This document shows, in pieces, positions 36,552-44,668 of a DNA stretch of 64,000 nucleotides. The stretch comes from a virus. Its lineage: Duplodnaviria; Caudoviricetes. The stretch is taken from positions 10,822 through 74,821 of the IMG/VR virus record IMGVR_UViG_3300046786_000226; one strand, given 5' to 3'. The translations under genes were made by a program, and so were the position numbers. Below the pieces are notes generated by a model. The model was not told where the DNA came from, made no database searches, and saw nothing but the letters and a program-made list of their open reading frames with translations. The first letter of the stretch is position 1. The number at the start of each line of letters is the position of its first letter.

Positions 36552-37828
36552 TAGCGTCTTGCTTTCAAAAAGTTCTCACGACTGAATTCTAATCTGTCTA
36601 CGATTTTAACTGCTTCAGTGCCGCCTGTGCCTAAATGGTCAACAATAACAACACCCTCTTCTGGCTTAACATCAAAGCTGCCATCTGGTCTAGCAATAAA
36701 TGTATTGATTTGACGTATTCTAGCATAGTGTAATTGTAACACATCTTTAACACGTTGTATACCCAGGAATAAGAAGTAAACATTGGTAATGCTTTCTTCG
36801 TGCTGTCTAATAAATTTCAATGCTTCTTCCTGTGCTTGTCGTTTACGGTCTTGACCAGTTTGTGTTTTTAGTTTAGCAATATCAGCAGTTAAACGTTCTT
36901 CTAACCGTCCAACAAACTTGCTAACATACACTGCAGGTTGATCCATTAAACCGCTACGCACCATTTTGTTTACGTCAATTTTAATTAAGTCTCTAATGCC
37001 ATGGCCAGCAATACTGGCTTCTAACCATTGGAATGTTTCTTGGCCAATACCCTGCAAGAAACTTGTTAGTTCAGTGATAGCATGTTCTAATTTATATGTT
37101 TCTTCTCTAGTCAATGTTACGCTACCGCTGACATCTTTTAATGCGGCATCTCTATAATAGACAAACGGACTAGATCCTAGTTCGCTGGTATCAGCACCAA
37201 AGCGGGCCTGCATGTCACTGATGCTGGTGCCTTCATAGGTTGTATGGAACACAACACCTACTTTAACTTTGCTCATTTTCTGTGCCAATGGTGTATCAGC
37301 AGGAACAGCATAAGTTAATAAGTTAGGCTTAAATGTCCAATAGTTTTCGCCGTCGATTTGTTGAAAGCCACTGTCGCCATCTCCTGCTGTCCATAACAAA
37401 TCACCTTGAAGAATTTTATCTCCAAAGTTTAAATCTTTTAAGTAATTAAATGCTACCTTTAGTTTAGTTCTAAGTCCACTGTAGTCTACTTTCGAACCGT
37501 CTTTGGCAGTTTTATCTGGCTTAATTCTATCAATGTCAGCGGCAGTATAGATTCTATTATCTTTAGTGCCAGCAAAAATACCTTTGTCGCCCATGATAAA
37601 TTGTCCTGTTTCTGGATCAGTGCCTACAAATATAGCTGGGCTACCATCCCATTTCTTAGTGGCAAAATAACGGCCGTCTGTGTTACCATGTAATAGTCCA
37701 GCGGCTCCTTGTAAGTAGCTTATAGCTTCAACAGCACCTTGATAACCCCTGTTCCAGATTTCATCATCCAAGTGTTCTAAGTGTGTGTTCTTGCCTTCTA
37801 CGGTTTCGACGAGTTGTTGTATCTTCAT
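36551..37828 (-). CDS. ligase-like nucleotidyltransferase (KxDG) with a targeting-like N-terminus
   Basis: MKIQQLVETVE; KNTHLEHL, KKWDGSPAIF, ILQGDL, EEGVV, AVKIVDRLEFS resemble ligase motifs I, III, IV, V. Confidence 0.6.
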   Translation of the reverse strand: MKIQQLVETVEGKNTHLEHLDDEIWNRGYQGAVEAISYLQGAAGLLHGNTDGRYFATKKWDGSPAIFVGTDPETGQFIMGDKGIFAGTKDNRIYTAADIDRIKPDKTAKDGSKVDYSGLRTKLKVAFNYLKDLNFGDKILQGDLLWTAGDGDSGFQQIDGENYWTFKPNLLTYAVPADTPLAQKMSKVKVGVVFHTTYEGTSISDMQARFGADTSELGSSPFVYYRDAALKDVSGSVTLTREETYKLEHAITELTSFLQGIGQETFQWLEASIAGHGIRDLIKIDVNKMVRSGLMDQPAVYVSKFVGRLEERLTADIAKLKTQTGQDRKRQAQEEALKFIRQHEESITNVYFLFLGIQRVKDVLQLHYARIRQINTFIARPDGSFDVKPEEGVVIVDHLGTGGTEAVKIVDRLEFSRENFLKARR

Positions 37829-37836
37829 ATAGTTAG

Positions 37837-37842
37837 TATTTA
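37837..37842 (-). promoter_or_regulatory. T4-late-like TAAATA element heading the internal-protein array
   Basis: ATAAATA-CTAACTAT-ATG. Confidence 0.6.
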
Positions 37843-37881
37843 TTAGAAATAAACATTTAATTGAAACAAATTGTAGTCATG

Positions 37882-37905
37882 AAAAAGCCCACTCAGTGGG
37901 CTTTT
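37882..37905 (-). terminator. rho-independent terminator
   Basis: AAAAGCCCAC-TGA-GTGGGCTTTTT hairpin after the fibre gene. Confidence 0.8.
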
Positions 37906-37917
37906 AATTGTGGTTAA

Positions 37918-38943
37918 TTAGTTTAAGTTAACCCATGCATTGCCAGTATAGCCTTTGAATACACCATTGTCTAAAACAATCATGCCGGCTTCTGGTGGAT
38001 TAGGTAAATTGCCGTTGCATTCAGCAACTTTCATGAAACCATTTACTCTTGCGCCACCGCCATCTACACGTAGCTTTTCTGTACCATTGCTAGATACACA
38101 AACTACGCCATCGGCTGGATGGAAAAGACCAGTATCAACACTACCGTCATTGCCAAATACTACGCTTGGATTGCTGGCTGTACCATCGCCTAATGTAATT
38201 TTATCAACATCAGGATTGCCGCCTAAGTCAGCATAGCTACCGCTAGAAGCTACCGCGGCCAAGTTTGGTTTGCCTGTTAAACTACCATATTGGCCGTCAA
38301 ACAATGTTGGCTTGCTAGTCAAACTATCATAATCGCCATCAAACAATGTTGGCTTGTGTGTCAAGTCGTCATAGTCACCACTGAACAATGTCGGCTTACT
38401 AGTTAAGTCGTCATAGTCACCACTGAACAATGTTGGCTTGTGCGATAAGCTGTCGTAGTCGCCATCAAACAATGTTGGTTTATTAGACAAATTATTGTAA
38501 TCGCCATTGAATAAAGTTGGCTTATTAGTCAATGAATTGTAGTTACCGTCGAACAATGTTGGCTTATTCAATAAGTCAGCATATTCACCGCTGGTAGCAA
38601 CAACTGATAAATCTGCTGTATTTGCTTTTAAGCCCAATTGTGTAGTAACTGTTGCGCTGAAGTTAGCATCGTTGCCCAATGCTTGTGCTAGTTCGTTTAA
38701 TGTGTCTAACGCACTACCAGCACCAGCTTTTAATGCAGTGATAGCATTATTAACATAAGTTTCGCTGGCCAAGCCTGCGACGCTAGGAATAACATAATCT
38801 AGATCAGTCCATGGACTAGTTCCATTACCAATTTTAATATTGCCAGTAGTCAAGTCTAAACCAATTTCGCCTTGGCTAAGTGTTGGATCTGCTGTAGTCC
38901 AATTTACTGTAGTATCTCTTCTAAGTTGAATTTTGTTTGCCAT
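37918..38943 (-). CDS. tail fibre/structural protein with an Mtd/hyaluronidase-like N-terminal domain
   Basis: KIQLRRDT..NW...PTLSQGEIG.D....KIGNG...W..L.Y; LDTLNELAQAL; 14-aa repeats. Confidence 0.8.
   Translation of the reverse strand: MANKIQLRRDTTVNWTTADPTLSQGEIGLDLTTGNIKIGNGTSPWTDLDYVIPSVAGLASETYVNNAITALKAGAGSALDTLNELAQALGNDANFSATVTTQLGLKANTADLSVVATSGEYADLLNKPTLFDGNYNSLTNKPTLFNGDYNNLSNKPTLFDGDYDSLSHKPTLFSGDYDDLTSKPTLFSGDYDDLTHKPTLFDGDYDSLTSKPTLFDGQYGSLTGKPNLAAVASSGSYADLGGNPDVDKITLGDGTASNPSVVFGNDGSVDTGLFHPADGVVCVSSNGTEKLRVDGGGARVNGFMKVAECNGNLPNPPEAGMIVLDNGVFKGYTGNAWVNLN
38270..38590 (-). repeat. 42-bp coding tandem repeat, 7 units (KPTLFxGxYxxLxx); boundaries approximate
   Basis: Seven KPTLF units counted in the translation; aacaatgttggctt recurs at 42-bp spacing. 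Confidence 0.9.
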
Positions 38944-38944
38944 T

Positions 38945-39166
38945 TTAAGCTGCGCCTCCGTCTAATTCGATATCATCAATTCCGTATACAGTCGTCGATG
39001 CTCCGCCGTCGACTTCGATAACCCCTGCAGAGTATCCTCTTGGACCCCTAGGACCTGGGTTACCTTTTTGGCCTGCAGGCCCTTGTGGACCATGTAATCC
39101 AGGTAAACCTCTAGGACCTTGTGGCCCAGTTAAACCACGTGGCCCGTTAATATATTGCACTGTCAT
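38945..39166 (-). CDS. short collagen-like (Gly-X-Y) structural protein
   Basis: [16 protein letters not shown]... then IEVDGG/IELDGG. Confidence 0.8.
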   Translation of the reverse strand: MTVQYINGPRGLTGPQGPRGLPGLHGPQGPAGQKGNPGPRGPRGYSAGVIEVDGGASTTVYGIDDIELDGGAA

Positions 39167-39205
39167 ATTCTGATTCTCCTGATATGCGTTGTATATTGTA
39201 TTTAG

Positions 39206-39742
39206 TTATTTTTGGGTATTAAACCATTCTACAAAGGCTGTTTGTCCTGCTAATAACGCATCTTCCCAAGTGGCGCCAGCTTCTCCGTCGGCATTGTCAC
39301 TGACCCATTTGCGGCTGATCCATGGTATTTTAACATGTTCACAGACTTTGGCAATACTCCATAATTCCATGTCAACTAAATCACAATGATCTAATGTCCA
39401 AGAATCTGGGTTAGTTACAAAGTTATTTCCCGATCCTACTATAACGCCTACTTCTTGACTATGATAGTATAATACATTCTCACCTAGCATATAACCACGT
39501 TCACGCAATGGACTACAATCTGCGTCACGTTGGCAAACACTGGCCACGCTGTTTAATCCCGTAATGCCTTTTAGACTGCCTGCACTTCCATAGTTAATAA
39601 CTAAATCGGGACGATGTTTAAGTATAGCCAATGTGGCATGCATTGCGGCATTTGATAGTCCTACTCCTGTATAAACTACAGGAGCGTCTACTAAATTTTT
39701 ATCTAATTCTTCGGGTAATGCTACTAATATTAATGTTTTCAT
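39206..39742 (-). CDS. MTA/SAH nucleosidase / purine nucleoside phosphorylase family
   Basis: Start moved to MKTLILVAL; TGVGLSNAA, INYGSAG, GNNFV, VDMEL, KWVSDNAD. Confidence 0.85.
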   Translation of the reverse strand: MKTLILVALPEELDKNLVDAPVVYTGVGLSNAAMHATLAILKHRPDLVINYGSAGSLKGITGLNSVASVCQRDADCSPLRERGYMLGENVLYYHSQEVGVIVGSGNNFVTNPDSWTLDHCDLVDMELWSIAKVCEHVKIPWISRKWVSDNADGEAGATWEDALLAGQTAFVEWFNTQK

Positions 39743-39754
39743 AATGTCAAAATA

Positions 39755-39866
39755 AAAGCTCACTTTGAACAAAGTCTGGCGTAACTTTTGTCCCAGGCAG
39801 CAGCCGCCTGTTTGACGCCCGGACTTTCGTCCTAACCGTTAGCGACAACGGCCCTAAGGTGGGTTC
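39755..39866 (-). ncRNA. putative structured RNA, family not recognised
   Basis: 46/80 G+C in 39781-39860 within an AT-rich genome; stems CCGTT/AACGG, GGAC-GAAA-GTCC, CAGGCGG/CTGCCTG, GGCGT/ACGCC. Confidence 0.6.
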
Positions 39867-40589
39867 TTACAATTTAACTATCTTATCTCTACTAGCTTCT
39901 GCTAGTACTTGTTCAGTTCTTTCAGTGACATTGCCAGTAATTTGTAACATAGGTCTATCGTGCCAGCCCATATTACAAGTACTGTGAGGAATATTTTTCC
40001 ATTCCCAAGTAATACAATCTCCCGCTGACCATTGTGTCCAAGCGGCATTGCCTAATTGAAATACCTGTCCTACTTCCCAGTCTGCTAACATAATAGCAAA
40101 GCGTCGAATGGTTTCCGGCTTCTTATCAAACTCTGTAACAATGAAACTATTTTCACGTTCTTCACGACCAGCAAAGTTATCAATGTGTAAATGCAACATT
40201 TGTCCTGTACGCTGATTGTGAAATTTAAGTGCGGAATTCTCTACACCTAAATATTCATTAATTTTTTGAAACAATTCAATGTCTTCTCCTTTACTTCTAT
40301 CAAAGATAGGAGACTTAGGATCAGCGCCTGCATTAATTAAATCTTGTTCTTCGGCACTGGCACTATACAATTCACCTTGAACTTTATAGTTATTTCTAGT
40401 GCTCCATGAACTTTCTACACCACGTGGTAAACATTGACGAATAGCATCCGTAAAGTCTGCGTCAAAACGACAGACATAGGTAAAACTATCCAGTCCTGGC
40501 TCTGGTGGCTTTTTTGTATCAAAGTGCCACTTACTTTGTTGTTTAGTGTAGTTCCAACGACTACCTTGCCAGTCTTGATATTCTGCCAT
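39867..40589 (-). CDS. 2OG-Fe(II) dioxygenase-like (DSBH) protein
   Basis: HLHID...PHSTCN...DRPMLQITG gives an HxD...H...R pattern. Confidence 0.65.
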   Translation of the reverse strand: MAEYQDWQGSRWNYTKQQSKWHFDTKKPPEPGLDSFTYVCRFDADFTDAIRQCLPRGVESSWSTRNNYKVQGELYSASAEEQDLINAGADPKSPIFDRSKGEDIELFQKINEYLGVENSALKFHNQRTGQMLHLHIDNFAGREERENSFIVTEFDKKPETIRRFAIMLADWEVGQVFQLGNAAWTQWSAGDCITWEWKNIPHSTCNMGWHDRPMLQITGNVTERTEQVLAEASRDKIVKL

Positions 40590-41548
40590 TATTCTGCTTT
40601 CATAGTTTTAACAATTGGTATCCATTGTTCTCTTAACTTATTTACCGCCGCTCTAGTACCTTTGGGCCCAAGCTCGTTGGCGTCAGTAAACATTAAATTC
40701 TCTTCAAAATAACGCTTGGCTTCTGCGCTTTTAATGGCATTAGTAAAGTTAGTTTCATACCAATCAGTGACCTCCTTGGGAGTACCGGGAGGTAGTGCAA
40801 CAACCCATCCAGCATATACGTTCATGCCAGGAACATAGTCTTTCATCAAAGGTGTTTTAGGTAATCCTGTGAGTTGTTGTTCTCCGATAAGAGCAATTAG
40901 TTTTACCTTGCCGCCTTCTACTAAAGGTTTAGCAATGGCAATAGGCATAATACCAAACTCTGTATCTCCCGCGGCAACACCCATGGCTGCCTGTGCTGGG
41001 CCTTTATAAAATACAACCTGTGAATTAGCTGTAGGTGCTTTTGTCTTTTCCATCATGTAAGTGAATGCTACTTTGTGTGCGCCGCCACCAATGGCAAAAT
41101 TGATATTACGATTTGGTTTCTTAATAGATTCCAGTAGTTCAGGTACTGTGTTTACTTTGCTACTTGGATGTGCGATAATACACAACGGACTTTTGGCAAT
41201 AACTGTAATCAAACTCCATTGTAATGGATCGTATTTGACCATGTCCTTGAACCAAATTTCACCTGTAACAAACTGTCCTTGTAAACTAGGTACGGCTACA
41301 GTATAACCGTCGGGCGCTGATTCAGTAAAGAAGTTTGCGGCAATGTTACCGTCGGCTCCTGGCTTGTGTTCAAATATAAAATTTACATTGGGATTTTTGT
41401 CAATGACAATCTTAGACATTGCTCTGAACGCAATTTCGTTGCCTGCTCCTGGCGCCTGTCCTAGAATAACCTTAATAGGTTTTGTTGGCTCCCAAGCATG
41501 TGCTGAAAGTGTTAATAGCATTAGTGCTAAAAATTTAATAAACTTCAT
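40589..41548 (-). CDS. Bug/TctC-family substrate-binding protein
   Basis: Signal peptide; WEPTKPIKVILGQAPGAG, EHKPGADGNIA, YKGPAQA, WVVALPPGTPKE. Confidence 0.9.
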   Translation of the reverse strand: MKFIKFLALMLLTLSAHAWEPTKPIKVILGQAPGAGNEIAFRAMSKIVIDKNPNVNFIFEHKPGADGNIAANFFTESAPDGYTVAVPSLQGQFVTGEIWFKDMVKYDPLQWSLITVIAKSPLCIIAHPSSKVNTVPELLESIKKPNRNINFAIGGGAHKVAFTYMMEKTKAPTANSQVVFYKGPAQAAMGVAAGDTEFGIMPIAIAKPLVEGGKVKLIALIGEQQLTGLPKTPLMKDYVPGMNVYAGWVVALPPGTPKEVTDWYETNFTNAIKSAEAKRYFEENLMFTDANELGPKGTRAAVNKLREQWIPIVKTMKAE

Positions 41549-41556
41549 GAATACTC

Positions 41557-41787
41557 CTATTTAAAATAAAGATAAGCCAGTCCCGGAATAATGATAGCAT
41601 ACTGCGGAAGAAAGTTTAATATAATTGCTTTCTCATTCCACTTGTATCCTACATATATCCAGCCAGCGGCACCTACCATTTGAACAATACTGTTCCAAGG
41701 TGTGATGCCTAAAACATGTAATACCATAGCGCAAAGAATCGTCAATGCGCTGGCATACTTGATATAAAATACGTGATCTCGTTTCAT
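41557..41787 (-). CDS. small 3-TM membrane protein
   Basis: 76 aa hydrophobic; TPWN...VGAAGW...W pattern. Confidence 0.65.
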   Translation of the reverse strand: MKRDHVFYIKYASALTILCAMVLHVLGITPWNSIVQMVGAAGWIYVGYKWNEKAIILNFLPQYAIIIPGLAYLYFK

Positions 41788-42365
41788 TTTAATATTGTAA
41801 TAAAAATGTCAGGCCATGTTCTTTCAACTTGAACATCAGCGTTAAAGTGTTCTTTGATCCATGTACTGTTAAATGAATCCCATTGTAAGTTGTGTTGTTT
41901 GGCAAATTCTTTAATAGCATTATTTTGCCATGAAATTTCTCGCATCATTACTTCATCGTTTTTATAAGACTTATAACTGGGATACATGATGTTAAAGCCA
42001 CCGGCTTCTTTCCACCAATCAAAACTTGCAGAATTATCTCTGTATACAAGTATAATCCAATCATTGGGGAATTGTTGTTTAATTTTATCTAAACTATAAG
42101 CCCAATCATGACTTTTAACTAGTTTAGTTCCAGGGCTTTTTGGATTCCAAGCTTGGTCTAAATAATCACCGTCTAATTTAGCGTCAAATTCCATTAGACG
42201 TCCAAAGTAAGCACCTTTGTGTCCACTGAATGCGCCATGAGAATATGTGCGCTCATGTGTTCTATCTGACGTATTAAAGCCAGGAACGGTTTCTATTGTT
42301 TGAGCGATTCCGCTCCAGCGACTTCCGGGTACGCCTGTAAAAAATATTCTTTGTGGTAGTGTCAT
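41784..42365 (-). CDS. hypothetical protein, sulfotransferase/P-loop-like
   Basis: Start moved to MTLPQRIFF; TGVPGSRWSG, LVKSHDW, ILVYRD. Confidence 0.5.
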   Translation of the reverse strand: MTLPQRIFFTGVPGSRWSGIAQTIETVPGFNTSDRTHERTYSHGAFSGHKGAYFGRLMEFDAKLDGDYLDQAWNPKSPGTKLVKSHDWAYSLDKIKQQFPNDWIILVYRDNSASFDWWKEAGGFNIMYPSYKSYKNDEVMMREISWQNNAIKEFAKQHNLQWDSFNSTWIKEHFNADVQVERTWPDIFITILK

Positions 42366-42372
42366 ATAAATA
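42365..42372 (+). promoter_or_regulatory. TATAAATA T4-late consensus in a 12-bp divergent gap
   Basis: TATAAATA-TTTGT-ATG; the opposite strand reads CAAATA-N5-ATG. Confidence 0.6.
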
Positions 42373-42377
42373 TTTGT

Positions 42378-42914
42378 ATGAATGTAGATCAACAATATTT
42401 AAACAATTATTTCAGTAAAGTTTGGCATCGCAAAAACGGTGACTTAACGCAATTTGATAAAACAGGCCTAGCACTTATATCTAAGGTACAACAGGGAGAA
42501 ACAGTCATTGACATTGGCTGTGGAGCAAATCCTTTTAAAGGACATATTCCTAATTTACTGGGCATCGATCCTGCATTTGATCAAGCAGATGTTAAATGTA
42601 CTATAGATGAATTTACCACAGACGCTAAATTCGATGTGGCATTTTGCTTGGGCAGTATTAACTTTGGCGATGTAAATGACATTGAACGTCAAATTGCTAA
42701 AATAACTACATTGCTTAAACCTCGAGCAAGAATTTACTGGCGCAGTAATCCTGGCTTACAGGATCATAACAATGAAGAATGTAAACAAATCCCCTTCTAT
42801 CCATGGAGCATAGAAGAACATGTTAGACTATCAGACAAATTTGGATTCAAATTAGTACAATGTGAATGGGACACTAAGAATCGTATCTATGCCGAATGGG
42901 TCAGATTAGCTTAA
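42378..42914 (+). CDS. class I SAM-dependent methyltransferase
   Basis: VIDIGCGAN, FDVAFCLGSINF, LLKP. Confidence 0.8.
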   Translation: MNVDQQYLNNYFSKVWHRKNGDLTQFDKTGLALISKVQQGETVIDIGCGANPFKGHIPNLLGIDPAFDQADVKCTIDEFTTDAKFDVAFCLGSINFGDVNDIERQIAKITTLLKPRARIYWRSNPGLQDHNNEECKQIPFYPWSIEEHVRLSDKFGFKLVQCEWDTKNRIYAEWVRLA

Positions 42915-43812
42915 ACTGAGTATAATCTATATTATATTCACTGAGCAATTCTAAATTCTTTTCGTGCCATTCTATTAATTCGTCATTGAATGTCGTAGAA
43001 TCAATTTCAAATATATCTTCTAAATATCCTTTTTCAAAATATTTAGAATAATTGACTATTTTTAGAAATGGTAAATTTGCTATTTGTCGATAGTCTGAGT
43101 AAGTTCCGGCCAATGAATATCTATGTTTATAATATAATTCGCCGACCGGCATATTTAACACAGTATCTGCAGAGTCTACATCTGTTATTTTTTTATTTAT
43201 TAAGCACCTGGCATAGATTTCTGAAATAGAATCTAGATTATTAGAGTCCAAGTATTCCACTACTTGTTTAATAATTGTATCTACTTCAGCCAAATCATTA
43301 TAAGGTAATGTTTTATATCTGTTGTAATTAAAAGTCAATGAAGGTTCTAAATCTAGTCTGGATGTTCTATTTTTAATACAGGCTAACAATCCACCGTAAT
43401 CACTCCAACGTTCTTCATCTAAGAATATTAGAAAACTTCTTTTAATAAAATAATTTGAATTTATAAAATGACATCGATGTAAAGGTGTATAATTTATATA
43501 ATTTTCTAAATATACTTCAACTTCATCTAACATATTAGAATCTACTAATTTCAGTAAATGTGATAATATAAGTGGCTGTTGCTGTGGAACTGTAAAAAGT
43601 CTTTCATAAAATGCAGGATAAAATATTCGAGTCTTATTACCAATTTCATCGTCTTTCTTTATGTAATTAATATTTTTAAATTTATTCGAATATTGATAAA
43701 TTTTAGAAATAAGAAATTCCCCGCCAGAACCTCCTCTAAACATGAGAAAGTTCTGCGGAGTATCTAAAATGTTTTGTATTCTTAGATTAATCTGCTTTTC
43801 CACACTTAGCAC
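42901..43812 (-). CDS. hypothetical protein, GGSGGEF family paralog (start may be GTG at 43803)
   Basis: FRGGSGGEFL; YSKYFEKGYLEDIF...ELIEWHEKN. Confidence 0.7.
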   Translation of the reverse strand: MLSVEKQINLRIQNILDTPQNFLMFRGGSGGEFLISKIYQYSNKFKNINYIKKDDEIGNKTRIFYPAFYERLFTVPQQQPLILSHLLKLVDSNMLDEVEVYLENYINYTPLHRCHFINSNYFIKRSFLIFLDEERWSDYGGLLACIKNRTSRLDLEPSLTFNYNRYKTLPYNDLAEVDTIIKQVVEYLDSNNLDSISEIYARCLINKKITDVDSADTVLNMPVGELYYKHRYSLAGTYSDYRQIANLPFLKIVNYSKYFEKGYLEDIFEIDSTTFNDELIEWHEKNLELLSEYNIDYTQFKLI

Positions 43813-44632
43813 GTTTAGCGTTAGTTAATGCGCCATAGTCAACTGGCCATTCTGCTCCAGGATTGATCTCTTTGGCATTAGCAGGAAACTTATATTGTAC
43901 TCCTGCAGTTGCTTGGATTTGGCTAATAGGTAAGCGGAATTTAGTTAAATCATTACCTAAGTTAACATAAGGTTTTGTATGCGGGAATGCCCATCCAGCA
44001 ACTTCGCCTGTTGCGTTGTTAATTACAATTTTATAATAACCATGCGGAACAACAACTTTACCTGCGCCAATTGTTTCATTACCAGCGCCATAGAATGCGC
44101 CAACGTATATGGTAAAAGGCTGGTTGCGTTGGACTGCCCAACCTCTGATGGACGTCTCTAATAATTTCCATATTCCCCGATTTAAAGAGCCGTGCTGAGG
44201 ATACATATTTGTCATTAAAAAACTTTCGTACTCAACAATTTCACTCCAGGATAAATCACCGTCCGGAGCGGCATGACCTTTGTCATAACCTGTACCAGCA
44301 TAGTCAGCAGGAGTAGCACCACCTGATACTGATTTATCTGCTACGAAAGCATTTGTACGTGGCCAGCATCCTAGTGCGTTTGGCGGTGTTAGCGTATAAG
44401 CAACATAAACAGGAATCTTAGCAGGAGCATCATAAGCAACCAGATATGCTTCACGACATATGGGTTGTGCTGTGCGTTGTGTGGCCGCAAAGCCGTAAGG
44501 GCTGTGTGGTTGACAAGCTTGTACAGGTAGTGGAGCACGTTGTTCCCACGCAAATGCGTTATTATTCCATGTTAGGAACATAACGCCGGTGGCAAACATA
44601 GTTGCCCATAGTATTTGTTTTAGTGTTTTCAT
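43787..44632 (-). CDS. DNA/RNA non-specific endonuclease (NucA/EndA-like), exported
   Basis: N-terminal hydrophobic signal; GYDKGHAAP, MTNMYPQ..LNRGIWKLLE, VPHGYYK. Confidence 0.9.
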   Translation of the reverse strand: MKTLKQILWATMFATGVMFLTWNNNAFAWEQRAPLPVQACQPHSPYGFAATQRTAQPICREAYLVAYDAPAKIPVYVAYTLTPPNALGCWPRTNAFVADKSVSGGATPADYAGTGYDKGHAAPDGDLSWSEIVEYESFLMTNMYPQHGSLNRGIWKLLETSIRGWAVQRNQPFTIYVGAFYGAGNETIGAGKVVVPHGYYKIVINNATGEVAGWAFPHTKPYVNLGNDLTKFRLPISQIQATAGVQYKFPANAKEINPGAEWPVDYGALTNAKRAKCGKAD

Positions 44633-44668
44633 AGTAGTCCTTAAATTAACTACTACTATTTAGTTTGA

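Noticed and set aside
37918-38100. Diversity-generating retroelement suggested by the Mtd-like N-terminal domain of this gene
   Set aside because: No reverse transcriptase and no TR/VR pair differing at adenines were seen in the window.
38270-38590. Regular 42-bp repeats as a possible CRISPR array
   Set aside because: The repeats are contiguous, in frame and degenerate at wobble positions, with no unique spacers and no cas genes; this is a coding repeat.
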